A stretch of DNA of 64,000 bases from contig JBAZKH010000008.1 of NCBI GenBank assembly GCA_041650935.1, forward strand, positions 8,825 through 72,824, in the 5' to 3' direction. The DNA is from Candidatus Omnitrophota bacterium (GTDB taxonomy: Bacteria; Omnitrophota; Gorgyraeia; 2-01-FULL-45-10). Under the pieces are notes generated by a model, which saw only the letters and a list, made by a program, of their open reading frames with translations, had not been told where the DNA came from and did no database searches. Position numbers and translations under genes: made by a program. Below are positions 47,458 to 58,900 of the stretch, one piece after another; within the stretch, counting starts at the first letter, position 1, and each line of letters begins with the position of its first letter.

Positions 47458-48450
47458 TTATTTTTCCATCCAAGGCATCATCTTCCTCAAGTCCGAGCCG
47501 ACCTTCTCGATCTGGTGAGCGCACTCTTTGTCCAGTATCGCTTTATAGTTGGGCCTGCCCGCCTCATTCTCCTTGATCCATTCGCGCGCGAACTTACCCG
47601 ACTTTATCTCTTTGAGAATCTTCTGCATCACTTTACGCGTCCTGTCGGTTATTATCTTCTTGCCGCGGGTGATATCGCCGTAACACGCGGTATTCGAAAC
47701 CCTGCATCTCATCCCGCTTATGCCGTACTGCTGGATAAGGTCCGTGATGAGTTTGAGCTCATGCAGCACCTCGAAGTACGCGATCTCCGGCTGGTAACCG
47801 GCCGCGATCAGCGTATCGAATCCCGCCTTGATAAGTTCCGACGCGCCGCCGCAGAGGACCGCCTGTTCGCCGAAAAGATCTGTCTCCGTCTCCTCGTCGA
47901 ATGTCGTCTCGATAACGCCTGCTCTCGTCCCGCCGATGCCTTTGGCATACGCAAGCGCTATATTCCGCGCGTTGCCGGTAGCATCCTGATAGACCGCTAC
48001 CAGGCACGGGACACCTTTACCTTCCTCGTACATCCTGCGCACAAGCGCGCCCGGGCCTTTTGGAGCGACCATGATGACGTCGATCTTCTTCGAAGGTTTA
48101 ATCTGTTTGAATCTTATATTGAACCCGTGCGAAAAGAGGAGCGCCTTGCCCTTCGTCATATTTTCGGCGATCTCGTCCTTGTAGACCTTCGCCTGGACAT
48201 GGTCCTCAGTCAGCACCTGGATAATATCAGCCTGCGCCGAGGCCTCTTTAGCGGAAACAGGGTTAAAGCCGTCCTTCTTCGCCTGCTCATAATTTTTCGT
48301 ACCGGGAAGTTCGCTCACGATAACACTGCACCCCGAGTCGCGTAAATTCAGGCTCTGGCTCCGGCCCTGTATGCCGTATCCGATAACGGCGATCTTTTTG
48401 CCCTTCAACAAATTCAAATCCGCATCCTTTTCATAATAGATCTTTGCCAT
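47458..48450 (-). CDS. ilvC: ketol-acid reductoisomerase
   Basis: It has the class I KARI motif (GYGIQG). Confidence 0.9.
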   Translation of the reverse strand: MAKIYYEKDADLNLLKGKKIAVIGYGIQGRSQSLNLRDSGCSVIVSELPGTKNYEQAKKDGFNPVSAKEASAQADIIQVLTEDHVQAKVYKDEIAENMTKGKALLFSHGFNIRFKQIKPSKKIDVIMVAPKGPGALVRRMYEEGKGVPCLVAVYQDATGNARNIALAYAKGIGGTRAGVIETTFDEETETDLFGEQAVLCGGASELIKAGFDTLIAAGYQPEIAYFEVLHELKLITDLIQQYGISGMRCRVSNTACYGDITRGKKIITDRTRKVMQKILKEIKSGKFAREWIKENEAGRPNYKAILDKECAHQIEKVGSDLRKMMPWMEK

Positions 48451-48475
48451 TTCTTTTAACCCCTTTCTTTGTTTT

Positions 48476-48580
48476 GACTTTAAATTCGAAACTCTAAATC
48501 CGAAATCCTAAACAAATACCAATTTTCAAAATTCGAATTTGTGATTTGTTTCGAATTTCGATATTTGAATTTCGTGCTTA
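48476..48580. repeat. family 2, copy F3
   Basis: It contains CTAAATCCGAAATCCTAAACAAATACCAATTTTCAAAATTCGAATTTGTGATTTGTTTCGAATTTCGATATTTGAATTTCG. Confidence 0.7.
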
Positions 48581-49093
48581 TTCATTTACTTCCGGTTTTC
48601 CCTCAACCTTCAGTCCTTTATCCTCCGTGCTCATCGCAACCCTGCCGGTCCTCACCACCTCCAATATCCCGAAAGGACGCAGGAGTTCGAGAAGCCCATG
48701 GATCTTTGTCTGGTCGCCTACGACCACGATACTGATCGACTTAGCCCCGGCGTTCTCTATCCCTGCCCCGGCCGATTCTATGGCCTCCAGGACCTCTTTC
48801 CTGTTCTTTGCCGTCACGGAGACCTTTAAAAGAATGAGCTCCCTGTCTATAAATTCGCCGTCCTTGAAATCGACGACCTTTATGACATCGATAAGCTTAT
48901 TGAGCTGTTTCTTTATCTGTTCGAGCGTCCGGTCGTCGCCCTCGACGACTATCGTCATCCTGGAGACGGTCGGATCCTCTGTCTCGCCGACAGCGAGCGA
49001 GCTGATATTGAATCCGCGCGCGCTGAATAGCCCGGATATACGCGCCAGGACGCCGAACTTGTTCTCGACTAAGACTGATATTGTATGCTTCAT
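48578..49093 (-). CDS. ilvN: acetolactate synthase small (regulatory) subunit
   Basis: It has an ACT domain. The start MKHTISVLVENKFGVL is preceded by GAGGG. Confidence 0.85.
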   Translation of the reverse strand: MKHTISVLVENKFGVLARISGLFSARGFNISSLAVGETEDPTVSRMTIVVEGDDRTLEQIKKQLNKLIDVIKVVDFKDGEFIDRELILLKVSVTAKNRKEVLEAIESAGAGIENAGAKSISIVVVGDQTKIHGLLELLRPFGILEVVRTGRVAMSTEDKGLKVEGKPEVNE

Positions 49094-49195
49094 ATCCCTC
49101 GCTAACTGGGTTTTAGGTCTTAGCTCATAGGTCATAGCTCATAGGCGTTGGGAAACGCGGCCCTATGACCTAAGAGCTATGAACTAAGAGCTAAC

Positions 49196-50878
49196 TTACG
49201 CCAGCCCTCCGTCCATCATCTTATTTATCGCCTGTCCCGCAGGCACCATCGGGAAGACATTCTCCTCTTCCTCAACGTGAAAATCGATAAAAACACAATT
49301 ATCAATCTTGAGCGCGCGTTCGATGGCCGGACGCACCTCTTCGGTCTTCGTGACCCTTATACCTGCCGCACCGTAGCTCTCCGCCAGCTTTACAAAGTCG
49401 GGGCATGTTCCTCCCAGGCACGTGTAAGAATAACGTTTGCCGTAGAATAACTCCTGCCACTGCCTGACCATTCCGAGATAAGAGTTATTCAGTATCGCAA
49501 CTTTGACGGGCAGTTTATTGATAACCGCCGTCGCGAGTTCCTGGATATTCATCTGTATCGAACCGTCACCTGCGATGTCGAAGACCACCGCCTTGGGCTT
49601 GCCTATCTGGGCGCCGATTGCCGCGGGGAAACCATAGCCCATCGTCCCCAACCCGCCGGATGAAAGCATCGTCCTGGGTTTAAGGAACTTGTAGAATTGC
49701 GCGGCCCACATCTGGTGCTGGCCAACTTCCGTACAGATTATCGCCTCACCCTTCGTGGCGCGCCATATCTCTTCCAGGACATACTGCGGCTTGATCTTAC
49801 CGCCGGTCTTATATTTCAGCGGATGTTTCGCCTTCCAATCCTCGACCCGCTTTATCCAATCTTTCGTATCCGGCCTCTTGACGGCTTTATTAAGACGCTT
49901 CAACACCATTTTAGCATCACCGACTATCGGGATATCGACTTCGACCGACTTCGAAACGCTGGCAGGGTCGATATCTATGTGGATGACCTTGGCATGCGGG
50001 GCAAATTCATCGACTTTACCGGTAACCCTGTCGTCGAATCTCGCGCCCACGGAAATTATCAGGTCCGACTCCATTATCGAATGGTTCGCATAGGCCGTGC
50101 CGTGCATGCCGAGCATGCCGAGTGACAATTCATGGTCCTGCGGGAAAACGCCCAGCCCAAGGAGCGTCATCGTCACCGGTATCTCGTTCTTTATCGCGAG
50201 CTCACGCACCTCTTCCGACGCGCCGGATATGACAGCGCCGCCGCCTACGTAAAGTATCGGCCGCCTCGATTCGGAGATAGCTTTCGCCGCCCGTTTTATC
50301 TGGCCCGGGTGACCCTCATAAGTGGGCTTGTACCCGCGGATATTAACGCTATCGGGGTAGATAAATTCGGTCTCCTGCATCTGGATATCGGAGGGCAGGT
50401 CTATCAATACCGGGCCCGGCCGGCCTGTGGACGCTATATGAAACGCCTCTTTTATGATCCGGGCAAGGCCCTTTATGTCTTCGATAAGATAATTATGCTT
50501 CGTTATCGGCCTGGTTATGCCGGTTATATCGGCTTCCTGGAACGCATCGTTGCCTATTAAGAACGACTTTACCTGGCCGGTTATCGCAACCATCGGGACC
50601 GAATCCATATAAGCCGTGGCAATGCCTGTGACGAGGTTAGTCGCTCCCGGTCCGGAAGTTGCCAGGCAGACGCCGACCTTACCGGTCGCTCGGGCATAAC
50701 CGTCCGCAGCATGAGCGGCGGCCTGCTCGTGACGCGTCAGTATCAGCTTTATCGGCGCGTTATAAAGCGCGTCGAAAATAGGCAGTACCTGACCGCCGGG
50801 ATAGCCGAATATGACGTCGACACCCTCTTTCCTCAAGCATTCGATCAGTATGCGCGCACCAGTCATTTTCATAGTCAA
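49196..50878 (-). CDS. ilvB: acetolactate synthase large subunit
   Basis: The 560-aa protein has thiamine-diphosphate enzyme motifs. Confidence 0.9.
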   Translation of the reverse strand: MTMKMTGARILIECLRKEGVDVIFGYPGGQVLPIFDALYNAPIKLILTRHEQAAAHAADGYARATGKVGVCLATSGPGATNLVTGIATAYMDSVPMVAITGQVKSFLIGNDAFQEADITGITRPITKHNYLIEDIKGLARIIKEAFHIASTGRPGPVLIDLPSDIQMQETEFIYPDSVNIRGYKPTYEGHPGQIKRAAKAISESRRPILYVGGGAVISGASEEVRELAIKNEIPVTMTLLGLGVFPQDHELSLGMLGMHGTAYANHSIMESDLIISVGARFDDRVTGKVDEFAPHAKVIHIDIDPASVSKSVEVDIPIVGDAKMVLKRLNKAVKRPDTKDWIKRVEDWKAKHPLKYKTGGKIKPQYVLEEIWRATKGEAIICTEVGQHQMWAAQFYKFLKPRTMLSSGGLGTMGYGFPAAIGAQIGKPKAVVFDIAGDGSIQMNIQELATAVINKLPVKVAILNNSYLGMVRQWQELFYGKRYSYTCLGGTCPDFVKLAESYGAAGIRVTKTEEVRPAIERALKIDNCVFIDFHVEEEENVFPMVPAGQAINKMMDGGLA

Positions 50879-50931
50879 ACCACCATTTCGTCATTCGTGA
50901 AACGTGAAGCGATAAAATCCTACAGCTTCTT

Positions 50932-51020
50932 TATTTGGTGTTTTTATAGACGTCGACAACTAATTCTTTTCCTAGTTTCCATACATCAAGATCTCTGAAG
51001 TTTACTATTTTCCCGTCCAT
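50932..51020 (-). pseudogene. 29-aa remnant matching the N-terminus of four-helix-bundle proteins of the 23S rRNA intervening-sequence protein family
   Basis: The short ORF MDGKIVNFRDLDVWKLGKELVVDVYKNTK* resembles the family N-terminus (FEDLEVWQKA.EL...IYK.T). It lies in the ilvD-ilvB spacer. Confidence 0.35.
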
Positions 51021-51047
51021 AACGCTTCACTCTTCACGTACGACGCT

Positions 51048-52703
51048 TCACGCCTTCAGCACAGCTCCTCCGCTCGCCGACAAAACCATCTTCGCATAAC
51101 GCGCTAAATACCCTTCGCGCTCTTTCGGCTCCGGAGCCCTCCACGTAGACATCCGTTTCTTTATCTCATCATTGCTGACTAAAAGTTCCAGCTTCCTGGC
51201 CGGGATGTCTATCTCTATTTCATCGCCATCACGCACGATCGCTATGACGCCTCCGGCTTGTGCCTCTGGCGCAATGTGTCCTATGCACGGCCCCTGTGTA
51301 CCACCCGAGAACCGTCCGTCCGTAATCAAAGCAACATCATCGGCTAAGCCCATCCCCACTATAGCGGCGGTCGGTGAGAGCATCTCCCTCATGCCGGGGC
51401 CGCCCTTCGGCCCTTCGTAACGGATAACAACGCAGTCGCCCTTCTTTATCTTACCTTCCATAATCGCCTGCATCGAAGCCTCTTCGGAATCGAAGACACG
51501 CGCTTTTCCTTTAAACTTCATCATCGCGTCGGAGACGGCCGTCTGTTTTACGACGGCGCCTTCGGGCGCAAGATTGCCCTTTAAAACCGCAATACCGCCC
51601 TCTTTGTGATAAGCATTTTTGTAATCCCTAATAACGTTCTCGTCCAGGATCTGCGCGTCATTGGCTATCTGGCTTATCATCTTGGAGCTACAGGTCATGA
51701 CGTCGTTAAGCTGATTCCTCATCCGCTTGATTATCGCCGGTATCCCGCCTGCTGAATCCAGGTCTTCCATGAAATGTTCGCCTCCGGGAAGAATATTTGC
51801 GATGTGCGGCGTATGTTTCGAGATCTCATCGAACATCTCGATCGGGACATCGACGCCGAACTCTTTTGCGACCGCTATGATGTGCAGGACCGTATTCGTC
51901 GAGCCGCCGAGCGCCATATCTACCTTAATAGCGTTCTCGAACGCCTCTTTCCTGCAGATCGTCCGCGGCAGGATGTTACGGCGGACGAGATTGACGATCC
52001 TCTCTCCGGATTCCTGCGCGATCCTATCCTTCTTTGCCGAAACCGCCAGAGCCGTCGCGCATCCCGGAACGCTCATCCCGAGCGCCTCGGTCACGCACGC
52101 CATCGAGTTTGCCGTGTAGAGCCCCTGGCAGGCGCCCGCGCCCGGGCATGCGCACATCTCTAGGGCACTCAACTCGTCCTGTGAAATGTCACCCTTCTTA
52201 AATCGTCCGACCGCTTCAAACGTATCCTTGACCAGAGAAAGCCTCCGACCCCTCAAATTCCCGCTCATCATGGGCCCTGCCGTAACGACGACCGTCGGTA
52301 CGTTCAGTCGCCCCGAAGCCATGAGCATACCGGGGGTAATCTTATCGCAGTTCGTCAGGCAGACAAGGCCATCGAATTGATGCGCCTTCATGATGCATTC
52401 GATCATATCTGCAATGAGCTCACGCGTAGCAAGCGAATACTTCATACCCGTATGCCCCATAGCTATACCATCGCACACACCAGGTATACCAAAGAAGAAC
52501 GGCACCCCGCCCGCGGCGGCTATCCCGCGTTCTATAAAGCGCTCGAGCCTGGCCATGTGTATGTGGCCGGGTATGATATCGGTCCTGGACGTAGCAACGG
52601 CTATAAAGGGCTTAGCCATATCCTCTTTGGATATGCCTGTTGCGTACAAAAGACTCCGCGCCCCTGCGCGTTCAACACCTTTTTTAATCTTATCGCTTCT
52701 CAT
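51048..52703 (-). CDS. ilvD: dihydroxy-acid dehydratase
   Basis: The 551-aa protein is of the IlvD/EDD family (CDKITPG). Confidence 0.9.
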   Translation of the reverse strand: MRSDKIKKGVERAGARSLLYATGISKEDMAKPFIAVATSRTDIIPGHIHMARLERFIERGIAAAGGVPFFFGIPGVCDGIAMGHTGMKYSLATRELIADMIECIMKAHQFDGLVCLTNCDKITPGMLMASGRLNVPTVVVTAGPMMSGNLRGRRLSLVKDTFEAVGRFKKGDISQDELSALEMCACPGAGACQGLYTANSMACVTEALGMSVPGCATALAVSAKKDRIAQESGERIVNLVRRNILPRTICRKEAFENAIKVDMALGGSTNTVLHIIAVAKEFGVDVPIEMFDEISKHTPHIANILPGGEHFMEDLDSAGGIPAIIKRMRNQLNDVMTCSSKMISQIANDAQILDENVIRDYKNAYHKEGGIAVLKGNLAPEGAVVKQTAVSDAMMKFKGKARVFDSEEASMQAIMEGKIKKGDCVVIRYEGPKGGPGMREMLSPTAAIVGMGLADDVALITDGRFSGGTQGPCIGHIAPEAQAGGVIAIVRDGDEIEIDIPARKLELLVSNDEIKKRMSTWRAPEPKEREGYLARYAKMVLSASGGAVLKA

Positions 52704-52793
52704 ATAGAGGTACCTCCAAATAGAGTAAGATTATATAATAATATAAGCTATATTGTCAAAAGAATTACGGTAATAGGTAGTATACTCTATTGT

Positions 52794-52819
52794 GTAGCCG
52801 ACATTTAAATGTCGGCTAC
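52794..52819. repeat. GTAG-N6-TTTAAA-N6-CTAC palindrome P3, about 90 nt 3' of the giant gene
   Basis: The sequence GTAGCCGACATTTAAATGTCGGCTAC is a perfect palindrome. Confidence 0.65.
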
Positions 52820-52909
52820 GACGGAGAGCTTCTTTTGGCTAAACTGTTGCGAATTACGCAGATCTGAGGAGGGTTTCCTGTAGGACACGCTGACAGATAT
52901 CTTGCCGGT

Positions 52910-55900
52910 TTACGCAGCCCTTAGAAGAACTTCCTGTAAATGCTTAAGGCGGATTTGTTCGCCGGTATCGGCCGGTATGATAGGTTTGAGGATAAAGTTC
53001 AGCTTATTTATGAAGTCGACGGGGTTCTCTTTAAGCTCTCTTAATGGGATATACCTGCTTGCGCAACGCTGGGTCAAAAGACTATATAACCTGTAGAAAG
53101 ATTCGTTGTCATCGTTCAGGTAGGCCCTGCCCACCCCTATCAATCCTTCCAGATTGGTCAGGTTCCCCGCCTTAACCCTCTGACCATCAAGATTGATATA
53201 AATAACCCTGGCCTTTAATCTGTTAAGTTCTTTTATCTGGGCTTCGTTCAAACGCTCCAGGGGCAGGATCGTAACGGTGTTGTCGTCTATATTCTCACGG
53301 GCAAAAGATACAAGTTCGTCTATATTATCCTCGAAACTCACCCTGTCTTTTGTCAGCTTCGATATCTCCGTAAGGAATGGCTCCTGGCCGGGCGCGGCAT
53401 ACCCCGACCATGCTTTAATCGTGTAATCCTTTTCCGAGAGGCTCGCCTTTCCATATAGATAATCGACTATATGAAGCTTGATTGCTTCTCCGGCAAACGG
53501 GCATATCGCCGGAGGGATATTGCCCTGGCGCAATAACGGCTTATCATCTCCTTTGCCGGTCTTCAGTTTTACGCTGATCGCCACGTTAATTAAATTACGG
53601 GCATGTTCCCGCGTCTTATTATTAAGGTCTATCATCATATCGGAAAATTTATACTTTCCGTTTACATTCACAAATATACCGAGTTCCACCAAAGGCTTGA
53701 CCGCCTGATTATAAACCCTGGCCGCAAAATGTCGCTTGCCGCGGGGCTCGGTCATGCCGGGGCAGATATCGCTTTTAATGCTGAATCCTTCGCCCAGCGC
53801 CTTCTCAAGCAGCCCCCCGGGCCCGTTATCATATTTTATCATCATCAAAAACTCCGCCGGGTTACCCATTAGCCATCGGGAAACCGCGGGATCTTGAGTT
53901 GCGGAATCTTTCGCGGGATCTTGCCGGGTTATGTCATGTGGTCTTCCCGGAATCTTACCCGGCAAGGGCACGCTGCCCGGAATCTTACCCGGCAAAGGCA
54001 TGAGTTGCGGAATCTTGCCGGGTAAGGTCATGTGGTCTTCCCGGATCTTACCCGGCAAGGGCATGTCACCCGGCGCAGGCGCATCTGTGGACTTTTCACC
54101 AAAACGATCTAAGCGTATATACATTTCATCGATCAAACCCTCAGACTCTTTGATATCGACTGCGCCGGGATACATTGCCGCAAACTGCCGGTGAAATTTC
54201 TGAGCATCGCCGGTCGACGCCGGATGAGTGCGGTAATATTTCCCATCTCCGTTTTTCTTCATCTCTAAAATAGCCGCGCTCATAAGTGAATAGGCAACCC
54301 ACCGGTATTGTCTTCTTACATACATACCGTTCGACTCAAAATGATCGCCAATTAGTTTATAATCATAAAGCCCGACCGGCTCATCACCGTAATATCCGAT
54401 GACCGCAATATATTCTCCGATATCCCATTCCCGCTTTGTTTCGCTCGGCTTCTGCGCAGCCTCATGCGAAAGAGCGGCAAACCAGGCATTGCATTCTTCG
54501 ATCAACGAATCCAACCGCACGTCAGATTTTTGTTCGTCTGACAGGTTTTTATACAAGCGGAATGTTACTGATGGAAGAACCTTTTTAGAGGTATCCGAGA
54601 TTAGTCCATTCTGCTGCGCCTGCCCACCGCTCGCAAAATACGGTTCGCCGCCGGCTTGCTTGATTACAGACATCTGACGCTCATCTGCCAGCGTCTTGCC
54701 GGGTACCGGCATGAGTGTAGCTTCGGCATCCGCGGAATCTTTCGCGGAATCTTGCTGTGCGGAATCTTGCCGGGTAAGGTCATGTTGCCTTCCCGGAATC
54801 TTACCCGGCAAGGGCACGCTGCCCGGAATCTTGCCGGGTAAGGTCATGTTGTCTTCCCGGATCTTACCCGGCAAGGGCATGTTGGTATCCAGAGCGTCAC
54901 GTTTTGCGTCCCCATCTTCCTGCGGGCATTCTCCTGCAAGCGTTGCTAACCTTGCTTCAAAAGAAGATTCACTTAAGTTTTCCAATAGATAGGTCAGCTG
55001 TAAATTGTTCGGATGCCGCACAAGCTCTTTTCTGATTGCCGTTTCGACTTCGCGAGGAAATATCTTAGCGATCTCGACAAGGGCCGAATACGCACAACTG
55101 CTCGCATGATCTGGAGGATAACCTACGGCAAATATTAAATCATCTATCGCAGATCTGCCGAGAGCTATTATCTGCTTTTTCAGGCCTAATCTCTTATCTG
55201 CATCAGCATTATCCAACTTACTAAGTAGATCTTCCGTTTTCAGGGACGTGCCACTTTGGGACATTTCGCTATCCGCGTCGGCCGCACCTTCATCTAGCGC
55301 AACCTTTGTCCCATCGGATTGGACGGCACCCACTGCAGAAATCAGCTCCCATTTATACTCGTTTTTCCTTACTTCCTTAAAATCAAATGCCGCGGCAATT
55401 TTGCCGATCCATCCTCCATCCGAAGTATCTATAGCTTCCACAGATCGCAATTCCGGCAATGCTCTTAACCACGATAAAGCAGCAGCAAATAGCTTTGTGC
55501 CTACGCCCGCCTTTTGATAAGATCCCCGCACCGTCATTTCATCTATAAACCCTTCCCCCGCGTCATCTGTATGGCTTACTATCGCATATCCTATAACCTC
55601 ATTATTATTTCTCGCCACAAAAACTTTCCCCGGCCTCATCCACTTGCCATCCATTATCGACCTAAGGTAACGATTAGAAGATTCTGCGTAGGAAGGATGC
55701 ATATTACCGCCCGTAAGATAACCTTCTTCCCAAATTTTAGTAATTGCACCTATGTCGCCCGGATTTGCCGGTTCTATAATAGGCTCTGCGGGTCCTAGGG
55801 ACGGCTCTACCGGTCGCGCGCCTTGCTGTACGGCTGGGATGGCACCTTCTGGACCGTCCTTGTATTCCGCACCGCTCGCAAAATGTGGCTGGCCGCCGGC

Positions 55901-58900
55901 TTGCTTGATTACAGACATCTGACGCTCATCTGCCAGCGTCTTGCCGGGTACCGGCATGAGTGTAGCTTCGGCATCCGCGGAATCTTTCGCGGAATCTTGC
56001 TGTGCGGAATCTTGCCGGGTAAGGTCATGTTGCCTTCCCGGAATCTTACCCGGCAAGGGCATGTCACCCGGCGCGTCCATTTTTGACACGTCCCCTTTGT
56101 CAGCAACCCCGTCGTTTCTAACCTGGTTAGATTTGTCAGGTTGCGCGGGTTGCTGCGCCATCCTCTTATTTCTCTCGTTAAGATATTTCCACCGTTTAAG
56201 CATTTCGGTATCGACATGGGGGATAATTCCATTTATACTATACCGTATATCAGGATAGGGGCGGAATATGTCCGATTTCACTCTAAAAATATCAAACTTA
56301 GAGATGCTTTTCAAAACATCGGGCGAGGCATTTTTTATAAAAAATTTCAGGCTCATGCCCGAATCGCCATATAACATAAGCATTGCCAGGGACACAAATG
56401 TCATCCCATAACCATGCTGCCGGGGCAGATTTGGATATATTTGGTTAATTTTCACAACGCAGCCTTGTGGTGTTATTATTCTAAGCGGACAAGATAATCT
56501 TCCGCCGTCCCGGAATTTATTTTTATCAGAATTATGTACAAAAACGGCAAACTTTGTATTCTTATCATATTTAATCCTATCTCTTTCATCTTCCGATAGA
56601 GGCAAATCGTCATCATCTTCCCATCTCGCAAAACTTATATAATAACCCTGGGCAAAAAATTCTTCTATCCTTTGATTTAAGAGTGCTCTTTGTACTAGAT
56701 ACAAATCTGAAGGTGAAACTGTCCCTATTCCTGAGATTAAACCTGTCCCCCGGGCCGGATATAACAGCGGTTCCGAACTACGCGGAATGGTTTCGCCTTC
56801 GTCCTTCGGCGCTACGATGCTCTGCTTAGGCTGATTGGACCTGGCATCCGTACGATCACAACGGCTACCCACAATTCCCGAATAACGATATTCCTTAAGA
56901 GGCTCGGCGCTAAAGTATTTCTTCATAACATATGGAATAAAATGGAATCCGTCCGGCGCATACACCTCTTCGGTGGCAATCGCTTCTACACTCCATCCCG
57001 TATAATTCCGCTCGAGCGTATTTGCCAAATTCCCGAAAAATTTCGATACCAGACGGGATCCCTGCATACCTTCATCGATGGAAAGCCTGTCGATTTCCAT
57101 CATCTCCATGTCGGCATGCACCCTGAGAGCAAATACGAACTTAAGGCTTTCGTTAGCCGGGCGATAATGCCATATAAAATCTGCCCTGGGGTCAATGCGT
57201 TCGGCTTTGTCTATGACTATCTTATAGTCGATGACAGCGCCTCCCTCCGAAACGGTGGAAATGGCCGCTGCTACATACTCACCGGCAGGCACTTCGGCCA
57301 ATGCCTTCTTAAACTCCGGCAGACCCTGGCCTATCTTTTCCTGGATGCTGATGATTCGCACCTCTCTGCCATCGTTAAGATCGCTAAATCGTTTTAACAA
57401 CTCTGTTCCGGCAAGAAGCGATGTCAGGTTTATGCCTTCCTCCGGAGGCACGATGCTCTGCTTCCGCTGGTTAAACCTGGCACTCGACTGGCTCCGGCCA
57501 TGGCGGCCGCCTCCGAACTGCCTCTGCCACGGCTCCGGCGAAACATTCCGCGCACCCGCTATCTCTAAGTCCAGCGGTTCGATTTCCGGAGTAACGCCTC
57601 GTTGTACGGGCGGTGTCGCAAGAGTCTTCTGCGCAGGCGCATCGGCCGCATTTGTAGCAACATCCTTATTTCTAACCTGGTTAGATTCGCCGGGTTGCGC
57701 GGGTTGACCCGGAACATTGCCGGGCAAGGGCATGTCGGCATCCGCGGAATCTTGCCGGGTTATGTCATGCTGTCTTCCCGAAATCTTACCCGGCAAGGGC
57801 ATGTCACCCGGCGCGTCCCTTTTTGACACGTCCCCGCTAACTATGCGCTCTCCTTGCTCAAAAACGCAACCTGTTTCAGCGAATGATTTTAACAATGATC
57901 TGGTTATCTTGTTTTTTGTCTTTGGAATCAAATATTTCGGAATAGGCCTAGTCTCGGAGTATGTAAAATTGATAGCAACGGGTTCTATTCCAAAGTTAAA
58001 AAGCATGCCAACAAGTTCAACAACCCTGCGATTAATAGCCGGATCGGTAACCTCCCCCTCCTCAATAGGCGCGATAGCGTCATAGTCGATCGTAATTACC
58101 GCCGGCCCGGTTACCCTGCCCCTTAACGCTTTTATCGAATCAAAGATATTGGTTTTGCCGTAACATTCTATATCTTCCGGATTGGGGCGATATAACAGGG
58201 TCGTTCCGTCATCAACAGCCCTGACCCATATTCGGCGACCCGTGCTAAATCCGCCTTTCCAAAGCCTGCGCATCCAGTTACCGCAACTCAAAAGCTTAAC
58301 ACTCGGAGCATTTGCAGAATCCGGATGATGGTCAATATTTATTATAGTGGTATTTTTATCGGCAATGCCTTGTTTCTGCAGTTTCTTAACCCATCCAAAC
58401 ATCTCACGGTGGTTATTACACACCTTTACCGGTATAGTAACATCACCACGCCTTAACCACTTGACCTTCCCAAATTCTTTCACCTGCATAGCGGAATCTT
58501 TCGCGGAATCTTGCCGGGTTATGTCATGTGGTCTTTCCGGAATCTTGCCCGGCAAAGGCATGAGTTGCGGAATCTTGCCGGGTAAGGTCATGTTGTCTTC
58601 CCGGATCTTACCCGGCAAGGGCATGTCACCCGGCGCGTCCATTTTTGGCACGTCCCCATCACCCCTTTTATTCCCGCTGTTCTGCCTCTTCCATGCCTCG
58701 AGAGTATCTTTATCTACGGGAGGAAGCGCGCAATGGATATCATGCGTATTATCAAAATCCTCCCGGCTGTTGATCTCGATAGCATCCATTTCGGATAAAC
58801 TCTGGTACAATTTCGGCCTTGCGCAATAGATCGAAAATCTCTGTCTCACGTTCTCTTTGCCGGTAAGCAGGAATAACGCTACAGCCAGTGCGATTCGGCC

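Noticed and set aside
53930-54090. CRISPR-like short direct repeats with short spacers (also near 54700-54880, 55930-56060, 57700-57830, 58490-58640 and 60840-61020)
   Set aside because: The repeats are about 20 nt with spacers of only 5 to 15 nt. They lie inside one continuous minus-strand ORF and encode the PLPGKIP linker. The plus-strand GILPGKGM ORFs are artefacts.
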